DNA of 64,000 nt from Ignavibacteriota bacterium (GCA_963701295.1 OY969585.1:1920001-1984000), one strand, 5' to 3'; shown: positions 29,831-42,320, counted from the stretch's first letter. Numbers and translations are program-made. The notes: a model not told the origin generated them from the sequence alone.

Positions 29831-30997
29831 TTAGCGAATAGCAAAAATACCGAATTTCAGGTATTTTGTCTCCGGCATTGCCGGGATAATCGGATGATCT
29901 GGGGCTGGGCCGGCGAATTCAAGGAGCTGTATCTTCCGTTTTGCTTTCACTGCTGCTTGTTCGATGGTGGAAAGAAATCCATCTTCCGTAATATGATGCG
30001 AACACGATGAGGAGACAAGATATCCACCCGGCGAAAGAATCCGCAGGGCTGCCGCATTGATTTCCTTGTAACCTCGAAGTGCTGCTGGAATATTCTTTTT
30101 GCTTTTTGTGAAGGACGGCGGATCGAGTATTATCACATCGAACCTCTTTCTGTCCTCGCCGAGTTGTTTGAGTGTATCGAGCACGTCTTCGATTACAAAA
30201 TCAGCAGCGGCGGTATTTAAACGGGCATTTACTTTCGCTTTCGCAATGGCAGATTCGGAAATATCCATTCCACGCACCGATATAGCTTGGGCTGCTGCGG
30301 CATGCAGCGCAAACCCTCCTTCGTTGCAGAAACAATCCAATACCGCAGCACCGATTGCATAACGATGAACTGCTTTCCGGTTTTCACGTTGATCAAGGAA
30401 GAATCCGGTCTTTTGCCCTTGGAGGATATCTACCTCAAATTTTACTCCATCGTCATCAATGATTGTAATGCTTGGATTTCCCCGTAAAACCTTCTTTTCT
30501 ATCGGCAATTCTTCCAGTGCACGGATTGCCACATCATTGCGGGCAACAATGGCTTTTGGATGGAATATGGATTCTATGACATCACAGATTGGTGCTATCC
30601 GTTTTTCCATTCCCGCAGAAAGAATTTGCAACGAGATGAACTCGTTATATTTATCAATGATGAGTCCGGGCAGGAAATCACCTTCACCATGTACAAGACG
30701 AAATGTCTCCGCGCCGGGATAGAGTTTCTGACGTAACACAAACGCTTGCTGAATTCGGCGTTCAAAAAAATTGACTGAGATATCTTCCTGTTCAGCCGTG
30801 AGAAAGCGAAAGGTAATAAGCGAATGGGGATGAAAAAAACCGAGTCCGAGAAACTTTTCGTCATGGCGAAGCAGTTCAACAATGTCGCCTCTTTCAGGGT
30901 CACCACGAAGAGAAGCAATCTCGTTGCTGAACACCCATTGATGTCCGGCGACAATTCGATGTTCTTCGTTTTTTTTGAGTATGATTTGTTTTTTCAC
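29831..30997 (-). CDS. RlmI-like class I SAM-dependent rRNA methyltransferase
   Basis: PUA domain (GHQWVFSNEI), GQKTGFFLDQRENR, ILDPPSF, SCSHH, PETKYLK. GTG start at 30997 preferred. Confidence 0.9.
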   Translation of the reverse strand: MKKQIILKKNEEHRIVAGHQWVFSNEIASLRGDPERGDIVELLRHDEKFLGLGFFHPHSLITFRFLTAEQEDISVNFFERRIQQAFVLRQKLYPGAETFRLVHGEGDFLPGLIIDKYNEFISLQILSAGMEKRIAPICDVIESIFHPKAIVARNDVAIRALEELPIEKKVLRGNPSITIIDDDGVKFEVDILQGQKTGFFLDQRENRKAVHRYAIGAAVLDCFCNEGGFALHAAAAQAISVRGMDISESAIAKAKVNARLNTAAADFVIEDVLDTLKQLGEDRKRFDVIILDPPSFTKSKKNIPAALRGYKEINAAALRILSPGGYLVSSSCSHHITEDGFLSTIEQAAVKAKRKIQLLEFAGPAPDHPIIPAMPETKYLKFGIFAIR

Positions 30998-31123
30998 AGA
31001 GATATAGTAGAGAGTTTTTGAGGGAGAATCAAGTTGAGGAGTTTGAAATGTTATGAGAGACTTTACATTAATCAAAAAGATGGTAAATTTGTACATCATT
31101 TAATACTAGTGGATGGGGCAACA

Positions 31124-31945
31124 ATGGTATCACAATGTCACTTCAATCAATGGACAATCTGGATATGTGTTTTTCTTTTGAGCAATATACTTTCTTGCTC
31201 AAAATCATCGGAGAGCCCATCGGATTCTGAAGGTGAGCTCTTCATTAAGCTCCTCGATGCTCCTGCGGATTATCAACGATTGAATATTGTTATCGATTAT
31301 GTATCGATCCATCGAATTGGGGTCGGTGAACCTTTCGGCTGGTCGATTGTTAGTACTAATGCTGTCGGGCCCATCGATCTGTTAAGTCTTCGGAACGGAG
31401 AAAGTGCGCAATTGCTTCTGAACAAAGTACCTGTTGGGGAATATGACCAGATTAAACTTCGTTTTGGACCTTGTACTGTGATGGAGAACGGATCGGAGTC
31501 CCTTTTAAATTTTTATACAGCGCCTCTGAACGAACATGTATTAAACTATGACTTTGAAGTCCTAGTAGGCCAGCAAGCTCAATTGACCTTTGATTTTGAT
31601 GTGTCTCGTTCTGTGAGTAAAATTGGAGCCAATTATTTTTTATTTACACCGGTAATTCGCGTACAGAATACGTTACTTTCTGGTTCCATATCAGGTTCGG
31701 TTGTCGATTCCAATCATAATGTTGTTCCGGCAACTATTTCCACTTGGACGGGAATTGATTCGGTCTCGACTTTGAATGATATTTCAAATGGGTCCTTCCA
31801 ACTTTCTGATCTACCGGAGAATTCGTATTCCGTCAGAATCGTTCCATTCGACACTATCTCGTTTTATGAGAAAAGAATCGATAGTCTGGTTGTTATAAGG
31901 CAGACTAAGAATAATCTTGGTGCAATTGTTCTCCAGCGACGATAG
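31124..31945 (+). CDS. DUF4382-like lipoprotein
   Basis: Lipobox ILSC, LLDAPA, IDLLSL.NG, FDFDVSRSV..PVIR, C-terminal beta-sandwich. Confidence 0.75.
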   Translation: MVSQCHFNQWTIWICVFLLSNILSCSKSSESPSDSEGELFIKLLDAPADYQRLNIVIDYVSIHRIGVGEPFGWSIVSTNAVGPIDLLSLRNGESAQLLLNKVPVGEYDQIKLRFGPCTVMENGSESLLNFYTAPLNEHVLNYDFEVLVGQQAQLTFDFDVSRSVSKIGANYFLFTPVIRVQNTLLSGSISGSVVDSNHNVVPATISTWTGIDSVSTLNDISNGSFQLSDLPENSYSVRIVPFDTISFYEKRIDSLVVIRQTKNNLGAIVLQRR

Positions 31946-32099
31946 ACTCCGTTGGGATCCTAATTGGTATAGCTGCATTTACCTATATTACCATCGAAAT
32001 AAAGGAACGGTATACTTTTTTCCGAAGAAGAACGTCCTGAGGCGTCAAGTATTCCGCTTGATGCCTTTTGTGTTTATATTAGAGATGGAGACAGATCTT

Positions 32100-32762
32100 A
32101 TGAAGCATCTCAAGTGTATTGTGTTTGATATGGATGGAACGTTGACACAAACAAACCAACTCATCTATGATTCATTTAATTATATTGCTCAAAAATATGC
32201 AGATAGAACATACACCATTCCTGAAATCCATGCAATGTTTGGTCCGCCGGAAGAAGAAGCGTTGCTTGAAATTGTTGGACCGGATCAGATGGATGAAGTG
32301 ATGAAAGATTATCTCGCCTTCTATCGCACCCATCATAACCAATTGGCGCGTCTCTACCCTGGCATTGATGAAATTCTCCGTTACACAAAGAACCATGGAA
32401 AAAGCCTGGCTTTGTTCACCGGCAAGGGAACGCACACCACAAGGATTACATTGCAGGAATTTCACATCGATAAATATTTTGACTTCGTGGTGACGGGAAA
32501 TGATGTTGTCAACCGCAAGCCGTCATCGGAGGGATTGCGAAAAATTATGGGACACTTCGCACTTCAACCGAATGAAGTTCTCATGGTGGGCGACGCAGTT
32601 TCCGATGTGAATGCAGCGCATGAAGCCGGCGTGAAGATCGCGGCTGTCGTGTGGGATTCGTACGCAAAAGATGTAGTCATGCAAATGAAGTCAGATTTCA
32701 TATTCCATAATGTCCATGAATTCTACGAATGGCTTAAAGAACAATTCGGTTCGTATCCTTAA
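32100..32762 (+). CDS. HAD-family hydrolase
   Basis: FDMDGTL, KPS, MVGDAVSD motifs. Confidence 0.9.
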   Translation: MKHLKCIVFDMDGTLTQTNQLIYDSFNYIAQKYADRTYTIPEIHAMFGPPEEEALLEIVGPDQMDEVMKDYLAFYRTHHNQLARLYPGIDEILRYTKNHGKSLALFTGKGTHTTRITLQEFHIDKYFDFVVTGNDVVNRKPSSEGLRKIMGHFALQPNEVLMVGDAVSDVNAAHEAGVKIAAVVWDSYAKDVVMQMKSDFIFHNVHEFYEWLKEQFGSYP

Positions 32763-32849
32763 TGTAATGGTTGTAAATATTCTTGCAGTCCATGACGTAT
32801 TATTTCTCGCAGTCTTGAAACGACTATACGATAAAAGAAAGAACTCTTT

Positions 32850-33848
32850 ATGAATCCATTGCGTGTTGGTGTTATTGGTGTGGGACATTTGGGTGCTCTC
32901 CACACTAAAATGTATGCACAAATTCCAACTGCTCACTTGGTCGGTGTGTTTGATGTTGATTCAATGCGTGCAGAAAAAATTGCGGCAGAATTCGGGATAA
33001 AAATGTTTGCGAAGTTCGATGATCTTTTGGCTAATGTCGAAGCAGTAAGTATTGCTACGGTCACGCAATCGCATTACGATGTAGCGATGCAAGTGATCAA
33101 ACGAGGTGTACATCTTCTAATCGAAAAACCGATTACCGCAACCATCGAGCAAGCACGTGCGTTGACAGAGCGGGCCGAGATAAAGGGATTGAAGCTCCAA
33201 GTCGGGCATATTGAGCGGTTCAATCCAGCGATTCTCGCATTGGAACCATACGATATTAAGCCATTGTTTATCGAATCACATCGGCTCGCACAATTTAATC
33301 CACGCGGGTCGGATGTGGCAGTAGTTCTTGATCTGATGATACATGACATTGATCTAATTCTAAGTTTGGTAAAATCAAAAGTGACACGAATTGATGCGAA
33401 TGGTGTTGCGGTTATTTCAGATACTCCGGATATTGCCAACGCGAGGCTGCAGTTCGAGAATGGTTGTGTCGCGAATGTAACGGCAAGCCGCATCTCGCAG
33501 AACAAAATGCGCAAAATGCGTTTATTTCAGCACGACGCTTACATCTCAATTGATTTTGCAGAAGGTATCTCAGAAGTATTTCGTTTGGCAGATGAACATA
33601 CTCCCCTTGCGAAATCGACAAAAATGCTTGGCAAGATTGAAGAGGGGTTGCACAAGAGAATCATCACCTATGAAAAACCAAAAGTACGGGAAGTAAACGC
33701 TTTGAAATATGAACTTGAACGGTTTATTGAATCTGTACAAAAGAACATCGAACCGCCGGTTTCAGGTCGCGATGGTTTACACGCATTAGAAGTTGCGCAG
33801 GAAATATTACAGAAAATTGAATTGCAAACGATACAGGTGGCGCAGTGA
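32850..33848 (+). CDS. Gfo/Idh/MocA oxidoreductase
   Basis: GVIGVGHLG, IEKP, GHIERFNP, DLMIHDID. Confidence 0.92.
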   Translation: MNPLRVGVIGVGHLGALHTKMYAQIPTAHLVGVFDVDSMRAEKIAAEFGIKMFAKFDDLLANVEAVSIATVTQSHYDVAMQVIKRGVHLLIEKPITATIEQARALTERAEIKGLKLQVGHIERFNPAILALEPYDIKPLFIESHRLAQFNPRGSDVAVVLDLMIHDIDLILSLVKSKVTRIDANGVAVISDTPDIANARLQFENGCVANVTASRISQNKMRKMRLFQHDAYISIDFAEGISEVFRLADEHTPLAKSTKMLGKIEEGLHKRIITYEKPKVREVNALKYELERFIESVQKNIEPPVSGRDGLHALEVAQEILQKIELQTIQVAQ

Positions 33849-35278
33849 CTGAGCGGATTGAAATCCGAGATGATATTTTGAAACGAATTGGCATAGTCGC
33901 TGATCGTGAGAGTATTGCAGCATATATTGTTGGTGGTTATGTGCGCGACCATCTGCTCGGTAAGCAAGTTAAAGATACCGATATCGTTGTTATCGGTAGC
34001 GGTGTAGAGTTCGCAAAAATAATTGCGAAGGACTTTGGCAGAACCAATTTAATTCTCTTTGAAAACTTCGGCACGGCAATGTTGCCATTGGATGATCGGA
34101 AACTGGAATTTGTCGGTGCGCGGAAAGAAAGTTACAGCAAGAGTTCCCGCAAGCCGCATGTTGAAGGTGGAACACTGGACGATGATTTAATGCGGCGGGA
34201 TTTTACTGTGAATGCGATGGCAGCAAGTCTTAATACAAAGACATTTGGACAGTTGATCGATCCGTTTGAAGGACAAAGCGATTTGCGAGCTGGGATTCTA
34301 CGCACACCGCTCGATGCGGAAATCACGTTCGATGATGATCCGCTTCGCATTATGCGCGCTATGCGTTTTTCTGCACAACTTGGATTTACCATTGATTCAC
34401 ATGTGCTTGAAGCTGCTGGTAAAATGGCGAAGAGATTAGCGATTGTTTCACAAGAACGAATCTCAGACGAGTTTCTGAAAATATTATCCAGCTCAAGACC
34501 ATCGGTTGGACTTCAGATGATGTATGATTCAAGCGTTATGGAAATTGTTTTTCCTGAAATTGCTCAGATGGCGGGAGTTGACCAGCGAAAGGATTATCAC
34601 CATAAAGATGTATTTCGGCATACACTGCAAGTGGTCGATAAAGTCGCAGATGTTTCTGATAATCTCTGGTTGCGAATGGCGGCATTGTTGCACGATATCG
34701 CCAAACCGAAGACCAAAGTATTTGTACCCGGAACAGGTTGGACTTTCCATGGACATGAAGATCTCGGCGCACGAATGGTGAAGAAGATATTCCAGCGGAT
34801 GCGTTTTCCGTTAGAACATGTTCCATATATCGAAAATCTTATTCGCCTTCATCTCCGTCCACAGGCGTTAGTCGATGATGGGGTGACAGATTCCGCCGTT
34901 CGCCGATTGCTCTTTGAAACCGGCAATGCTATTGATGATCTTATGGCATTATGCCGGGCTGATATTACATCAAGGAACCAAAAGCTTATCGAACAAGTGA
35001 AGCAAAACTATGATCTTGTCATTAAGAAAATGGCAGAGGTAGAGGAAAAAGATCGTATTCGGAATTGGCAGCCGCCATTGCGCGGTGAAGAAATTATGCA
35101 AGTTTGCGGATTGACTGAAGGACCCATGGTTGGTGTGTTAAAAGATAAAATCACCGAGGCGATACTGGACGGCACGATTTCGAACGAACACGATGCTGCT
35201 GTCCAGTATCTTTTTTCTATTAAAGACAGTATATTGAATCAAGCGCCAATGAAAAAAAAGCGGCCGCCGAAAATGTGA
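33845..35278 (+). CDS. tRNA nucleotidyltransferase (CCA-adding / poly(A) polymerase family) with HD domain
   Basis: [36 protein letters not shown]. Confidence 0.92.
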   Translation: MTERIEIRDDILKRIGIVADRESIAAYIVGGYVRDHLLGKQVKDTDIVVIGSGVEFAKIIAKDFGRTNLILFENFGTAMLPLDDRKLEFVGARKESYSKSSRKPHVEGGTLDDDLMRRDFTVNAMAASLNTKTFGQLIDPFEGQSDLRAGILRTPLDAEITFDDDPLRIMRAMRFSAQLGFTIDSHVLEAAGKMAKRLAIVSQERISDEFLKILSSSRPSVGLQMMYDSSVMEIVFPEIAQMAGVDQRKDYHHKDVFRHTLQVVDKVADVSDNLWLRMAALLHDIAKPKTKVFVPGTGWTFHGHEDLGARMVKKIFQRMRFPLEHVPYIENLIRLHLRPQALVDDGVTDSAVRRLLFETGNAIDDLMALCRADITSRNQKLIEQVKQNYDLVIKKMAEVEEKDRIRNWQPPLRGEEIMQVCGLTEGPMVGVLKDKITEAILDGTISNEHDAAVQYLFSIKDSILNQAPMKKKRPPKM

Positions 35279-35339
35279 AACATATACATTTCTGGGAGCG
35301 TCTAACCTCTGGAAAAAGTTTGAGGTTCTTCAGTTCTTT

Positions 35340-35365
35340 TGAAACTTTACGGAAAAACAATCGTT
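35340..35365 (+). promoter_or_regulatory. Putative ECF-sigma promoter for the export operon
   Basis: TGAAAC-N16-CGTT about 55 nt before the TolC start. Confidence 0.5.
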
Positions 35366-35418
35366 TATTAAATATAATTCTATTACCTGCCAACATTATA
35401 ATTATTGGAGATGTCTCA

Positions 35419-36765
35419 ATGAAGAAAATGATTATATTTATCCTGTTAGCCGTTTCGTTCTGCAGTGCACAAATGCCAGTTGGAACGCTAAAAACACTTA
35501 CACTGAACGATGCTGTTACTGTGGCTCTCCAGCGAAATTTAAATGTAGCGCAGGCGGCTAATAATGTAGATGCCGCCCGAAGCGCTGAGGTGGCGGGTTA
35601 TGGTTCTTATTTGCCGTCTCTTTCGGCTTCTGCCGGATGGGGAAGAGATCAGTCAGAGTATTCGATTGATTCAGTCTATAGCCAGTTAGCCAACCGGAAT
35701 GTTCCGTCCGTAAACTCGATAACCACCGGCTATTCTGCAGGTTTAAATCTCAATTACACTATTTTTGATGGGCTGAATCGTGAGATGAATCTCAGTAAAT
35801 CCATTTCCGGCAAGGCAATTGCCGATCAAACTTTTTTGCGAACGAAACAAGGGATCGTGTATCAGGTGCAAGCAAGTTATCTCACCGTGTTGCGCAATGA
35901 ACAACTCGTACATGTAAATGAGGAGAACCTGAAACGCGATCAGAAGCAATTGGAACAAATTGAAGAATCGAATCGTGTTGGGTCGTTGGCAATTGGTGAC
36001 GTCTATCGTCAACAGTCTGCCGTAGCTACAGACGAATTTAATCTTATCACCGCCCAAAATACGTATGATAAATCGATTGCGGATTTACTTTCTCTTGTCG
36101 GACTGGATGTGCGGGATGATTATCATATTGCAGATACGACCGTCCCAACAGAAGTGGACTCGGTGGAGTTTTCACAACTGCCTTCCCTTGGAAAATTTGA
36201 ACAGTTTCGCAAGCAAGCGCTAGACGCTCGCCCTGATTATCAGGTAGCATCGGAAAACTTAAAAAGTACATCTTATTCAGTTGTTTCAGCGTGGGGACAC
36301 TATTTACCGGGTTTGAACGCGTATGCAGGGTACAATCTCAATGCGCCTGAAGTGTCGCAATTATCAAGTTATAAGGATTACACATGGGGTTTAAAATTGA
36401 GTTGGACATTGTTTGATGGATTTCAAACGAATGAGGGTGTCCAAAACGCGAAGGTTCAGGAACGAAATGCTGAGATATCGCTCCAACAGGCAGAGCTGAT
36501 CATCAGTGTCGACGTGAAAAAAGCACTTCTCGACCTCGGGGCGTCTCAAAGACAGTATGAAGCAAGTGTAAAAGGTGTAACTTCTGCTTCGCAGGATCGT
36601 AGAGTAGCAGAAGAGCGGTACCATCTTGGCGCCGGTACCATTATCGATCTTCAAACGGCGAATGCAAATTTTGTGAATGCGCAAGCAAACAAAGTAAATG
36701 CGACATACAACTACATCACAGCCAAGCGCAATTTGGAATATGTGCTTGGCGAACGAACGTACTGA
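35419..36765 (+). CDS. TolC-family outer membrane efflux protein
   Basis: Signal peptide, [28 protein letters not shown]; GGAG RBS. Confidence 0.92.
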   Translation: MKKMIIFILLAVSFCSAQMPVGTLKTLTLNDAVTVALQRNLNVAQAANNVDAARSAEVAGYGSYLPSLSASAGWGRDQSEYSIDSVYSQLANRNVPSVNSITTGYSAGLNLNYTIFDGLNREMNLSKSISGKAIADQTFLRTKQGIVYQVQASYLTVLRNEQLVHVNEENLKRDQKQLEQIEESNRVGSLAIGDVYRQQSAVATDEFNLITAQNTYDKSIADLLSLVGLDVRDDYHIADTTVPTEVDSVEFSQLPSLGKFEQFRKQALDARPDYQVASENLKSTSYSVVSAWGHYLPGLNAYAGYNLNAPEVSQLSSYKDYTWGLKLSWTLFDGFQTNEGVQNAKVQERNAEISLQQAELIISVDVKKALLDLGASQRQYEASVKGVTSASQDRRVAEERYHLGAGTIIDLQTANANFVNAQANKVNATYNYITAKRNLEYVLGERTY

Positions 36766-36813
36766 GTGGGAGACAATAAAAATATTAGAATGCTCAACAC
36801 AGAGGAGTAAACA

Positions 36814-38079
36814 ATGGCAAATGGTAACGGGAAAAAGAAAAAAAAGAAGACTATCATTATTTCGATTATTGCGGTTGTAGTAATAGTTCTCGTCGTACTG
36901 GTGATTGTTGGCAGTCGTCGTGAGCCGGTTATCTCCGTGCAAACCGAGAAAGTACAACGCCGGACAATTACTCAAATTGTAACAGCGACAGGTAAAATTC
37001 AACCGGTCACTCAGGTGGTGATTAATGCAGAGGTTAGTGGAGAAATAATCGAGTTGCCGGTCCGTGAGGGACAATCGGTGCACAGAGGACAATTGCTCGT
37101 TCGTATCAAACCAGAGGCTTATCAGGCAGATTATGATCGAGCACAGGGGAATATCGAAATGGTGAAGGCGGCATTAGATAAAGCCGAAGCAGACTACAAG
37201 CGTGCATTAGGATTATCTGAAAAGAAACTCATATCCGATGCAGATATGGATATTGCGAAAGCAAATTTTCAAGGTGCAAAAGCAAACTATGTGCAGGCAG
37301 TTGCAAGTGCCAAAGAATCGTATCAATCGCTGTTGAAGACGTCTATTTATTCTCCGATGGATGGCACAATCAGCAATCTACCACGGGAACTCGGCGAACG
37401 TGTGAGCGGAAGTGCGTTCATGCAAGGCACAGAGATTATGACGGTTGCAGATCTTTCTAAAATGGAAGCTCGCGTTGATGTTGGCGAAAATGATGTAGTC
37501 ATGGTACACAATAATGATACGGCACGTATAAGTGTCGATTCTTATCCTGATCGTATCTTCATTGGTATAGTGTATCAAATTGCCAACACAGCAACATCTA
37601 CAGGTGTTGGAACGCAGGATCAGGTGACAAATTTCCAAGTGCGCATTTTACTAAATCCACAGAAAGATGCGGTCTTCCGTCCTGGGATGTCGATGTCAGC
37701 CGATATTGAAACAGAGACAAAACAAAACGCATTGACAGTCCCGATTCAATCTGTTACAGTACGATTGCCGAAGAAAGAAAAAGCCGAAGAACCGAAAGAA
37801 GGAGAAGCAAAATTTGAAACAACAGCGAAAAAAGAGAATGAGAAATTAGAAGAGGTAGTTTTTGTTGTGAAAGATGGTCTGGCAAAAACGGTTCCTGTCA
37901 AGCGCGGCATCAGCAACGACACTTATGTTGAAGTAAACGGAAGCGGATTGGAAGGACAGGATGTTGTTTCAGGGCCGTTCAAAGCGATTAATCGTGATCT
38001 GGAGGTAAATTCAAAAGTGAAGATCGATAACAAGACTGAACGCAAAACAGGAGCAAGTGCAGATAAAGATAAGAAGTGA
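36814..38079 (+). CDS. Efflux periplasmic adaptor (MacA/HlyD-like)
   Basis: TM anchor, ATGKIQP, VSGEI..L.VREG, IYSPMDG, FRPGMS, LTVPIQSV. Confidence 0.93.
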   Translation: MANGNGKKKKKKTIIISIIAVVVIVLVVLVIVGSRREPVISVQTEKVQRRTITQIVTATGKIQPVTQVVINAEVSGEIIELPVREGQSVHRGQLLVRIKPEAYQADYDRAQGNIEMVKAALDKAEADYKRALGLSEKKLISDADMDIAKANFQGAKANYVQAVASAKESYQSLLKTSIYSPMDGTISNLPRELGERVSGSAFMQGTEIMTVADLSKMEARVDVGENDVVMVHNNDTARISVDSYPDRIFIGIVYQIANTATSTGVGTQDQVTNFQVRILLNPQKDAVFRPGMSMSADIETETKQNALTVPIQSVTVRLPKKEKAEEPKEGEAKFETTAKKENEKLEEVVFVVKDGLAKTVPVKRGISNDTYVEVNGSGLEGQDVVSGPFKAINRDLEVNSKVKIDNKTERKTGASADKDKK

Positions 38080-38121
38080 AAAAAATAAAAAGGAAGAAAA
38101 GTAAAGGATAATAACAGAAGA

Positions 38122-39120
38122 TTGAAAATGAAACGGGAGATGATAAAAATAAATCGGATATGTAGATTTGTAATTGTAACGCTCATTCTGCAAATGCAAG
38201 GAGAATTGATAGCTCAGACGGTTGATGATGGTATTGCTCTTTTTCAGCAAAAGAAATATGCCGAAGCGAAATTGGTGTTTGCTAGGATTTTAGATAAAGA
38301 CGATAACAATGCTGAAGCGCATTATCGACTTGGCCTTGTATATCTGAATAGATCGAATCCGCAACGGGATGTTAATGAAGCGGTGGATCAATTGGAGAAA
38401 GCTACCGATTTAAATCCAACCAATGCCGATTACCACTTTCGATATGGTACTGCACTTGGCGAGAAAGCCCAGAATGCTGGAGTGATCAAAAAAGCATTTC
38501 TTGCTCCCAAGATCAAAAAAGCATTTCTTCGAGCGGTGGAACTTAATCCTCGGTATGCACAAGCGCGTATTGCATTGGCTCAGTATTACTTGATAGCTCC
38601 TTCTATCATGGGTGGTGATGAAGACGAAGGTTGGAGGCAGTTGAGTGAGGCAATCAAACTTGATGAAGTTCTAGGCCGTTTAGTCAAAGCGAGCTTTTTA
38701 GAACGAGCAAAGAAAAACGATGAGGCAGAGAGAGAATACAAGGCTCTTGTTGTCTCTAGACCGGAAGATTGGCGGACATGGAAAAACTATGGATACTTCC
38801 ATATGCGTACTGAGCATCTGGATGATGCTGTGAATTGTTTTCAGAAGTATACCGAACTTCGCCCTGATACGGCGGATTCGTATCAAAGTCTCGCTGAAGC
38901 ATTGTTGAAGAAGGGCGAAACCGATTTAGCAATGACCAGTCTAAATAAGTCGTTGAGTCTTGATAAGGATTATGTGCCTGCAATTATTTCGTTGGGCGAA
39001 GTCTATCAAGCAAAAGGACAGAAAAAGGAAGCGAAAGACGAATATCAACGGGCTATGTCAGTTGCTCAGAATGAATATTACAAGTCTCAAGCTGAAAAGA
39101 AACTGAAAGAAGTAGAGTAA
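38122..39120 (+). CDS. Exported tetratricopeptide repeat protein
   Basis: Signal-like N-terminus and multiple TPRs ([25 protein letters not shown]). Confidence 0.87.
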   Translation: MKMKREMIKINRICRFVIVTLILQMQGELIAQTVDDGIALFQQKKYAEAKLVFARILDKDDNNAEAHYRLGLVYLNRSNPQRDVNEAVDQLEKATDLNPTNADYHFRYGTALGEKAQNAGVIKKAFLAPKIKKAFLRAVELNPRYAQARIALAQYYLIAPSIMGGDEDEGWRQLSEAIKLDEVLGRLVKASFLERAKKNDEAEREYKALVVSRPEDWRTWKNYGYFHMRTEHLDDAVNCFQKYTELRPDTADSYQSLAEALLKKGETDLAMTSLNKSLSLDKDYVPAIISLGEVYQAKGQKKEAKDEYQRAMSVAQNEYYKSQAEKKLKEVE

Positions 39121-39136
39121 CAGGAAGGAAGCCAGA

Positions 39137-39862
39137 ATGTCAAGTATTATTCAGTTCACGAACATCACAAAGTTCTATCAAGTAGGCGAAGAAAAAGTTC
39201 ATGCTTTAGATGGTATTTCAATCAAGATTCAGAAAAACGAATATGTGGCAATTATGGGCCCGTCGGGTTCCGGCAAATCAACATTGATGAATATTATCGG
39301 CTGCCTAGATACGCCTACTTCTGGTTTGTATGAATTGAACAACACAAACGTCAGCGATATGAACGACAATCAGCTTGCAAAGATTCGAAATAAAGAAATT
39401 GGATTTGTGTTTCAGACATTTAACTTGCTTGCTCGGTCAGATGTTCTTCATAATGTTGAACTGCCGCTCATTTATGGCGGCGTCGGTTCGGCTGAGAGAA
39501 AAAGATTGGCTCGGGCAGCGATCGACCGCGTAGGATTGACGGATCGAATCCATCACAAACCGAACGAACTTTCCGGCGGACAACGCCAGCGTGTATCCAT
39601 AGCGCGCGCTCTTGTGACACAGCCATCCATTTTACTTGCAGATGAACCGACCGGAAACCTTGATACAAAAACCGGCGATGAAATTATGATGCTATTCGAT
39701 ATGCTGCACAAGGAAGGCAATACAATCATCCTCGTGACCCATGAAGAGGATATCGCATTGCATGCGTATCGTCGGATCCGTCTCCGCGATGGTAAGATGG
39801 AAGTGGACGAGCCAATCAAGAATCGAAAAATCATAACTCGACCAACAACGGTCATGGCATAA
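39137..39862 (+). CDS. ABC transporter ATP-binding protein (MacB/LolD type)
   Basis: [29 protein letters not shown]. Confidence 0.95.
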   Translation: MSSIIQFTNITKFYQVGEEKVHALDGISIKIQKNEYVAIMGPSGSGKSTLMNIIGCLDTPTSGLYELNNTNVSDMNDNQLAKIRNKEIGFVFQTFNLLARSDVLHNVELPLIYGGVGSAERKRLARAAIDRVGLTDRIHHKPNELSGGQRQRVSIARALVTQPSILLADEPTGNLDTKTGDEIMMLFDMLHKEGNTIILVTHEEDIALHAYRRIRLRDGKMEVDEPIKNRKIITRPTTVMA

Positions 39863-39863
39863 T

Positions 39864-41096
39864 ATGAAATTCGTATTCGATGAATTTAAGGAAGGGATGA
39901 GGATTGCGTTTGCGGCAATACGCGCCAATAAAATGCGCTCAGTGTTGACGACACTTGGCATTGTTATCGGTATTGTTTCTGTAACGCTCATGGGGACGGC
40001 TATCGAAGGATTGAACCGCGCTTTTAATAAAAGCATTGCTGCTCTAGGAACAGATGTTTTATACGTTCAAAAGTGGCCATGGGGTGATCATGGAGATGAT
40101 TGGTGGAAACTCAAAAATCGGCGAAATGTTCGTATACAGCAGGCAAAGGATATTGAAAAGTATTCAGAATATGCACAGGCGGTGAATCCTGCGACGGGAA
40201 CTTTACGGAATGTCAAATATGGGCAGAAGCTTGTTGAAAACGTTGTTGTTGTAGGCACGGGCGCATACTTGCTTGAGACAAGCGGGGCGACTGTTGCCTT
40301 TGGCCGTTTCTTTACACAGATGGAAGCCGATGGGGGAAGACCTGTATGTGCTATTGGTTCTGAAGTCGCTGCAAATCTTTTCCCTAATGAAAATCCGATA
40401 GGGAAAGTTATTAAAGTTGGCGGGTACGCATTCCGCGTGTTGGGCGTGCTCGATAAACAAGGAAGTTTTCTTGGATTGCAGAGTCTTGATAATAGAGTCT
40501 ATATTCCAATCAATCGTTTCTTTCAAGAATTTATGTCGTTTCGAAGTGATCTCCAGATTATGGTAAAAGCAAAATCTGTGGAAGAATTGGATGACGCAAA
40601 GGAAGAAGTACGGGGCATTATGCGCAAATCGCGTGGATTGAAACCGAAGGAGGAAGATGATTTTGCAATCAACCAGCAGGAAATGTTGGTCCAAACGTTC
40701 AATCAAATTGGCGGTGTAATTGCAGCGGTGGGTTTGTTTATCACGGGAATGGCTCTCTTCGTCGGTGGTATTGGAATCATGAATATTATGTTCGTTTCAG
40801 TCACAGAACGCACAAAGGAGATCGGTATCCGCAAAGCCATTGGAGCGCCGCGCCGAACTATTCTTTTACAGTTCCTCATTGAATCTGCTGCACTGTGTCT
40901 TATCGGTGGTCTTATCGGTATTGTGATTGCCTTTCCATTAAGTCTTATTATCGACACAGTTTTGCCAACAGCGATGCCTCTCAGCGTTGTGGTAATTGCG
41001 CTTTTGGTATCGGTATTCGTCGGTGTCGTTTCCGGATTCTTGCCAGCATATCGTGCATCTCGTCTTGATCCGGTAGACGCATTGAGGTATGAGTGA
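39864..41096 (+). CDS. MacB/FtsX-type ABC permease 1
   Basis: NKMRSVLT.LGI.IG, GIMNIM.VSVTERTKEIGIRKAIGA, LDPVDALRYE. Confidence 0.93.
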   Translation: MKFVFDEFKEGMRIAFAAIRANKMRSVLTTLGIVIGIVSVTLMGTAIEGLNRAFNKSIAALGTDVLYVQKWPWGDHGDDWWKLKNRRNVRIQQAKDIEKYSEYAQAVNPATGTLRNVKYGQKLVENVVVVGTGAYLLETSGATVAFGRFFTQMEADGGRPVCAIGSEVAANLFPNENPIGKVIKVGGYAFRVLGVLDKQGSFLGLQSLDNRVYIPINRFFQEFMSFRSDLQIMVKAKSVEELDDAKEEVRGIMRKSRGLKPKEEDDFAINQQEMLVQTFNQIGGVIAAVGLFITGMALFVGGIGIMNIMFVSVTERTKEIGIRKAIGAPRRTILLQFLIESAALCLIGGLIGIVIAFPLSLIIDTVLPTAMPLSVVVIALLVSVFVGVVSGFLPAYRASRLDPVDALRYE

Positions 41097-41099
41097 GTC

Positions 41100-42320
41100 G
41101 TGAAGTTCTCTGAAATATTTAAAATGTCTCTGAATGCTTTACGCGCGAATAAATTGCGTTCGGCATTAACTCTCCTTGGAATTTTTGTCGGAGTATTTTC
41201 CATTATTGGTGTGATGACCGCAATTCAGGTCCTTCAAAATAGCATTGAGAGCGGACTGAGCAATCTTGGATCCAATACTTTCCAGATTCAGAAGCAGCCA
41301 GTGATCGCAAATCGCACACAATGGATGAAATCACTGAAATGGAAAGATATTACATATGAGCAGGCAAAAGCTGTCAAAGAGCGGGTAACACTTGCTCAAT
41401 ATGTCGGTATCGGAGCATTACAGAGTGCAGAAATTATCCAGTTTGGATCACTCAAAACCAATCCGAATGTTTCTGTTGGCGGCGAGGAACCGGAAGGGAT
41501 GCAGACGAACAACTGGACTATTCAAGATGGAAGAAATATCACGGATGATGATGTGAAGTATGCTTCATTTGTTACAATTCTCATGGGTGATGTTGTGAAG
41601 AAATTGTTTCCGCATGATGGTGCAGTCGGCAGTAGTATTAGAATCGGTAATCAGCATTACACAGTTATTGGAACGTTTGAATCGAAAGGCTCATCATTGG
41701 GGGATTCTGAGAATAAAGTGATTGTACCGCTCAGTACATTCCTTCAACAATACGGCAAGATACGCAGTGTCTATATTAAGGTCAAAGCCAAAAGTCCGGA
41801 AGTGTACGATGATTGTGTTGAGGAGACGCGGATGGTTCTTCGCACACTACGAAAAGTTGCTCCCGGCGATGAAGATAATTTTTCCATTTCCTCTAATGAT
41901 TCACTCATTGCTACGTTCAATGATTTTACGCTCTATGTAAAACTTGGTGTTGGTTTTATGAGTTTTATTGCACTCATTGCAGCGGGAGTCGGTATCATGA
42001 ATATTATGCTTGTTTCCGTTACAGAACGAACCAAGGAAATCGGAATTCGCAAAGCCATCGGTGCTCGACGCTCAAATATTTTGGCGCAGTTTATTACTGA
42101 AGCTGTTGTGCTGTGTCAAATCGGCGGCATCGTTGGTGTCGGGCTTGGCATACTTGGCGGCAACTTGACAGCGCTTGCATTTAGTTTTCCGCCCGTCTTC
42201 CCCATTGATTGGGCATTGATTGGGTTTGCAATTACCACGTTTGTCGGAATTGTGTTTGGCGTGTATCCGGCATGGAAAGCAGCGAATCTTGATCCGATTG
42301 AATCTCTTAGATATGAATAA
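41100..42320 (+). CDS. MacB/FtsX-type ABC permease 2
   Basis: Same motifs as permease 1. Confidence 0.93.
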   Translation: MKFSEIFKMSLNALRANKLRSALTLLGIFVGVFSIIGVMTAIQVLQNSIESGLSNLGSNTFQIQKQPVIANRTQWMKSLKWKDITYEQAKAVKERVTLAQYVGIGALQSAEIIQFGSLKTNPNVSVGGEEPEGMQTNNWTIQDGRNITDDDVKYASFVTILMGDVVKKLFPHDGAVGSSIRIGNQHYTVIGTFESKGSSLGDSENKVIVPLSTFLQQYGKIRSVYIKVKAKSPEVYDDCVEETRMVLRTLRKVAPGDEDNFSISSNDSLIATFNDFTLYVKLGVGFMSFIALIAAGVGIMNIMLVSVTERTKEIGIRKAIGARRSNILAQFITEAVVLCQIGGIVGVGLGILGGNLTALAFSFPPVFPIDWALIGFAITTFVGIVFGVYPAWKAANLDPIESLRYE